Assembly: GCA_963668645.2 (NCBI GenBank)
Contig: CAXXWC010000013.1
Coordinates: 96,001-160,000 of the forward strand
Length of the DNA stretch: 64,000 nt
Origin: Desulfobacterales bacterium
Lineage (GTDB): Bacteria; Desulfobacterota; Desulfobacteria; Desulfobacterales; UBA2174
Reading direction: 5' to 3'
A model generated the notes under the pieces. The model searched no databases and had not been told where the DNA came from. It worked only from the letters and a program-made list of their open reading frames with translations. The position numbers and the translations under genes are program-made. This document shows, in pieces, positions 60,339 to 64,000 of this stretch (positions are counted from its first letter, which is position 1; each line of letters begins with the position of its first letter).

Positions 60339-61685
60339 TCAGTCCAGGCCGTAGCGCTTCATCTTGCGCCAGAGGGTGGTGCGGGGCACCCCGAGGATTT
60401 CGGCCGCCAGGGTTTTGCGCCGGCCGGTCTTGGCAAGCACTTCCCGGATATGCTCTTTTTCCCTGTCCGCCAGCGATAGGCAGGCCTGGGGGTCGAGGCG
60501 GCTCATGGAAAGCTGCTGCAGGTCGGACGGCAGGTCCCGGGGGGTGATTTCCGGCTCATCGCACAGGGCCACGGCCCGCTCGATGATGTTTTCCAACTCC
60601 CGCACATTGCCCGGAAACGGGTAGTGCGACAGGATATCGAGTACCTCGCCCGAGGCTCCGCTGACGGTCTTGCCGAAGGCGCGGGCGTACTTTTGCAGAA
60701 AGTGGCGGATCAACAGGGGCAGGTCGTCGGGCCGAGCGCGCAGGGGGGGCAGATCGATGCCCACCACGTTGAGCCGGTAGTAGAGATCTTCGCGAAATCG
60801 CCCGGCGCGCACCAGCTCCTTGAAGTCCTGGTTGCCGGCCGCCACCAGGCGCACGTCCACCGGCACCGGTTTGAGGCCGCCGACGCGCAGCAGGGTGCGC
60901 TCCTCGACGAAGCGCAGCAGCTTGACCTGCATGCTCAGGGGCATTTCGCAGACTTCGTCGAGAAAGAGGGATCCCTGGTGGGCCGCTTCCAGCAGGCCGA
61001 TCTTGGTTTCGGCCGCGCCGGTAAAGGCGCCTTTTTCGTGGCCGAACAGTTCGTTGGTGATCAGCTCCTCGCTGAACCCGCCGCAGTTGAAGGAAACAAA
61101 AGGCGCCTCGCGCCGCGGGCTGCGCTGGTGCAGGGCCCGGGCGACCATCTCCTTGCCGGTGCCGCTTTCGCCCTGGATCAGCACGTTGCAGTCCAGGGGG
61201 GCCACCTTGTCGATGATCCGGAAGACGGCCATCATGGCCGGACTGTTGCCGATGATCTCCGGCGGCCGTTTCTGGGCGAACAGGGCATCCCTGAGCGCCG
61301 CGGTCTCCTTGACCAGCGAGACCTTGTCCAGGGCCCGTTTGACCAGCAGGCGCAGTTCGGCCATCTTCACCGGTTTGGTAACGTAGTGGAAGGCCCCGGC
61401 GCGGATGGCCTCGATGGCCGAATCGATGCTGCTGTGGGCCGTGATCAGGATGACCTCGCTTTTGGCATTGCGCCGGCGCACCGCGTGCAGCAGGTCGAGG
61501 CCGCTGGCGCCCGGCAGGCGCAGGTCGCACAGGACCAGGTCGAAAGCGAGGGTCTCGATGCGTTTGAGGGCCGTTTCGGCATCGCCGAAGGTCTCCACCT
61601 CGTGGCCGTCTTTGACCAGGCCCCGCTTGATTTCGCGGCATACGATGGGTTCGTCGTCGACTACGGCGATGCGAAACGGGGCCAT
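60339..61685 (-). CDS. NtrC-family sigma54 response regulator
   Basis: [30 protein letters not shown]. Confidence 0.95.
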   Translation of the reverse strand: MAPFRIAVVDDEPIVCREIKRGLVKDGHEVETFGDAETALKRIETLAFDLVLCDLRLPGASGLDLLHAVRRRNAKSEVILITAHSSIDSAIEAIRAGAFHYVTKPVKMAELRLLVKRALDKVSLVKETAALRDALFAQKRPPEIIGNSPAMMAVFRIIDKVAPLDCNVLIQGESGTGKEMVARALHQRSPRREAPFVSFNCGGFSEELITNELFGHEKGAFTGAAETKIGLLEAAHQGSLFLDEVCEMPLSMQVKLLRFVEERTLLRVGGLKPVPVDVRLVAAGNQDFKELVRAGRFREDLYYRLNVVGIDLPPLRARPDDLPLLIRHFLQKYARAFGKTVSGASGEVLDILSHYPFPGNVRELENIIERAVALCDEPEITPRDLPSDLQQLSMSRLDPQACLSLADREKEHIREVLAKTGRRKTLAAEILGVPRTTLWRKMKRYGLD

Positions 61686-61691
61686 GGGGTC

Positions 61692-63155
61692 TCAGCCGAT
61701 CTCCGGAGTATATTCAAGGCCGGGGGTGGTGGCCGTTGCGGCCATGGGCAGGTAGATCGAAAAGCGGGTCCCCTGGGCGGGACTGCTGTCGACCTCCATG
61801 CGGCCGCCATGCTTCTTGATAATGCTGTAGCTCACCGAAAGCCCCAGCCCGGTGCCCACCCCTTCTTTCTTGGTGGTGAAAAACGGGTCGAAGATCCGGT
61901 CGATGATCTCGGCCCCGATGCCCGGGCCCGTGTCGGCCACTTCGATGCGGATCTCATGGCCTGACGGCGCCTTGGCCACCGTCACCTGCAGCGAACCGCC
62001 GTCGTTCATGGCCTGGATGGCGTTCATGAACAGGTTGAGCAGCACCTGCTGCATGCCTCCCTTGTCCAGGTAGATCTGCGGCAGGTCCGGGGTGATCTGT
62101 TTGACCAGGCGGATGTTGTGCAGGCGCATCTCGTTGCCGATCAGCCGGATGGTCTTGTCGACAAGCTCCTCCAGATTGACCGTTTCCATCCTCGGATGGC
62201 TCGCCCGGGAAAACTCCAGCAGGTTTTTGACGATCTCGCTGGTCCGGTCGGCCTGGTCCATGGCGTCCTGATAGAGGCGGCGGCGTTCTTCGTCCGGCAT
62301 GCGGTCGCCGTCCTCGATCAGCGATTCGAGGATCAGCGAGATGTTGTTGATCGGATTGTTGATCTCGTGGGCGATGCCGGCCGTCAGGGTGCCGATGGAG
62401 GCGATCTTGCGCGACTGGACGAGCTGGGCCTGGCGTTTTTCCAGTTCGCGCATCATGCGGTTGATGGCGGCCACGAGGTGGTGGATTTCATTCTTGTGCC
62501 CCCCGTAGGCGGTGATCTGCTCGAAGGCGCCGCGGGCCACGGCCTCCGATTCGCGGGTGATGCGGGCCAGGGGGCGCACCACCCGTTCGCCGATAAAAAA
62601 GATCACGAAGGCCAGCAGGCTCACCAGCGCCAGCAGGCTCATCAGGGGCAGCGGCACCATCTTGCGCAGCAGGGTGTCGATGGCCCGGCGCTCGGTGGCC
62701 GACAACTGGTCGGCCAGCAGCACCAGGTTCTGGCCCACGCCGCGGATCTGCACCTCCAGATCGGCGCAGCGTCCGCCGTCGCAGTCGCTGCGGCCCAGAC
62801 GGGTCATCAGGTCTATGTAGTCTTGGACATTCTGAACGAAGCGCTGGTGGTTTTCCTTGCCGATGGCCTCGGCGAGGCTTTCGCGCTCGCGCTCCAGGGT
62901 CACGGCAAGCTGGTTGGTATAGGTGATGGCCTCTTCGTAGTTGAAGCGCTGGCGGTAGAGAAAATAGTTTTTCTCGTAGCGGCGCATTTCGAGGATGGTG
63001 CTGTTGAGCTCCTGGGCCACTTCGAAAAACTGCATGGAATGGGAAAGGCGCCGGAAGTTGCGGTCGTTAAGGGCGATGATGGCCGCCATAACGACAAAGC
63101 AGACCAGAAAGGCGGTGACGATCTGCATGCGAATGGTTTGCGGCAAGAACTTCAT
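61692..63155 (-). CDS. membrane sensor histidine kinase (HAMP)
   Basis: Two TM helices, AHEINNP, NAIQAM, DPFFTTK, GTGLGL. Confidence 0.93.
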   Translation of the reverse strand: MKFLPQTIRMQIVTAFLVCFVVMAAIIALNDRNFRRLSHSMQFFEVAQELNSTILEMRRYEKNYFLYRQRFNYEEAITYTNQLAVTLERERESLAEAIGKENHQRFVQNVQDYIDLMTRLGRSDCDGGRCADLEVQIRGVGQNLVLLADQLSATERRAIDTLLRKMVPLPLMSLLALVSLLAFVIFFIGERVVRPLARITRESEAVARGAFEQITAYGGHKNEIHHLVAAINRMMRELEKRQAQLVQSRKIASIGTLTAGIAHEINNPINNISLILESLIEDGDRMPDEERRRLYQDAMDQADRTSEIVKNLLEFSRASHPRMETVNLEELVDKTIRLIGNEMRLHNIRLVKQITPDLPQIYLDKGGMQQVLLNLFMNAIQAMNDGGSLQVTVAKAPSGHEIRIEVADTGPGIGAEIIDRIFDPFFTTKKEGVGTGLGLSVSYSIIKKHGGRMEVDSSPAQGTRFSIYLPMAATATTPGLEYTPEIG

Positions 63156-63402
63156 GGCATCCTTAGGCGGTGGGGTAAACAGATTGTTTCATAGCCCTAC
63201 GGCGATGCAATTACAAGCCCCGTGCATCATTCAACTGCATCGAAGAATTGGGAAAAGTGCCCTGCTGCAAGATCGCCCAAGACCGACGGCGGGCTCGGCG
63301 CGTTTGGACCGGTCGCTGCAAAAAGCGCCGCCGCCGGTGACCCGGCGACGGCGCTTGAAAGGCTGGATGAACGGTTTTTTCGAGGCTTGCCCGCGGGCGT
63401 GC

Positions 63403-64000
63403 TCAAGCCGCCCGGCGGATTTCCTCGGCCCGGGTCGTTTTTTCCCAGGTAAACTCCGGTTCGCTGCGACCGAAATGGCCGTAGGCCGCCGTTTTGGCGT
63501 AGATGGGGCGCAGCAGATCGAGATATTCGATGATCGCGGCCGGCCGCAGGTCGTAGACGTCCAGCAGGATGTCGCGGATGGCCTCGTCGTCGATGGCGCC
63601 CGTGCCGAAGGTGTCGACCAGCAGTGAGACCGGTTCAGCCACGCCGATGGCATAGGCCACCTGAACTTCACAGCGGCGGGCCAGGCCTGCGGCGACAACG
63701 TTCTTGGCGATATGGCGCGCCATGTACGAAGCGCTTCGATCCACCTTGGAAGGATCTTTGCCGGAAAAGGCGCCACCGCCATGGCGCCCCTGGCCGCCGT
63801 AGGTGTCGACGATGATCTTGCGCCCGGTCAGCCCGCAGTCGCCCATGGGACCGCCGACCACGAAGCGGCCCGTGGGGTTGACAAAGTAGCGGGTCTTGGC
63901 GTCCAGCATTCCGGCCGGGATCGTTTCTTTGATGATCTCGCGCAAAATTTGTGCCTCGAGCTCCTTATGGCCGATCTCCGGGGTGTGCTGGGTCGAGACG
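63403..64000 (-). CDS. metK: S-adenosylmethionine synthetase, C-terminal part (runs off the window)
   Basis: [47 protein letters not shown]. Confidence 0.97.
   Translation of the reverse strand, partial: VSTQHTPEIGHKELEAQILREIIKETIPAGMLDAKTRYFVNPTGRFVVGGPMGDCGLTGRKIIVDTYGGQGRHGGGAFSGKDPSKVDRSASYMARHIAKNVVAAGLARRCEVQVAYAIGVAEPVSLLVDTFGTGAIDDEAIRDILLDVYDLRPAAIIEYLDLLRPIYAKTAAYGHFGRSEPEFTWEKTTRAEEIRRAA

Overview
Bacterial chromosomal window, probably from an anaerobic Deltaproteobacterium (Desulfobacterota-like; inferred from gene content and many sigma54 systems). Left (0.1-15 kb): a two-subunit 2-hydroxyacyl-CoA dehydratase-family pair divergent from a GAF/FhlA-like sigma54 activator, an operon of aconitase X (two subunits) + LIV-type ABC transporter + membrane-anchored reductive-dehalogenase-like protein, and a PAS-LuxR regulator. 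Middle (15-41 kb): an integron, with intI on + at 39455-40513 and about 14 low-GC cassettes or cassette relics on the minus strand. These include a PARIS-like ATPase/DUF4435 pair, HEPN and GIY-YIG candidates, HigBA, three GNATs, LysE and one ORF-less cassette. The array is invaded by a group IIC-attC intron (itself interrupted by an ISNCY element), IS4, IS66, a MITE and a series of decayed intron remnants. intI overlaps a CI/LexA-like S24 repressor gene. Right (41-64 kb): a solute-binding protein plus two hybrid kinases bracketed by a duplicated gene end; a translationally coupled operon of a large glutamate-cysteine-ligase-like protein + phosphatidylserine-decarboxylase-like + divergent Lgt-like protein (best candidate for an undescribed pathway); recD2; a sigma54 two-component/USP/CMK-like/TauE cluster; and partial metK. 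All family calls come from motif recognition by eye, not database searches.
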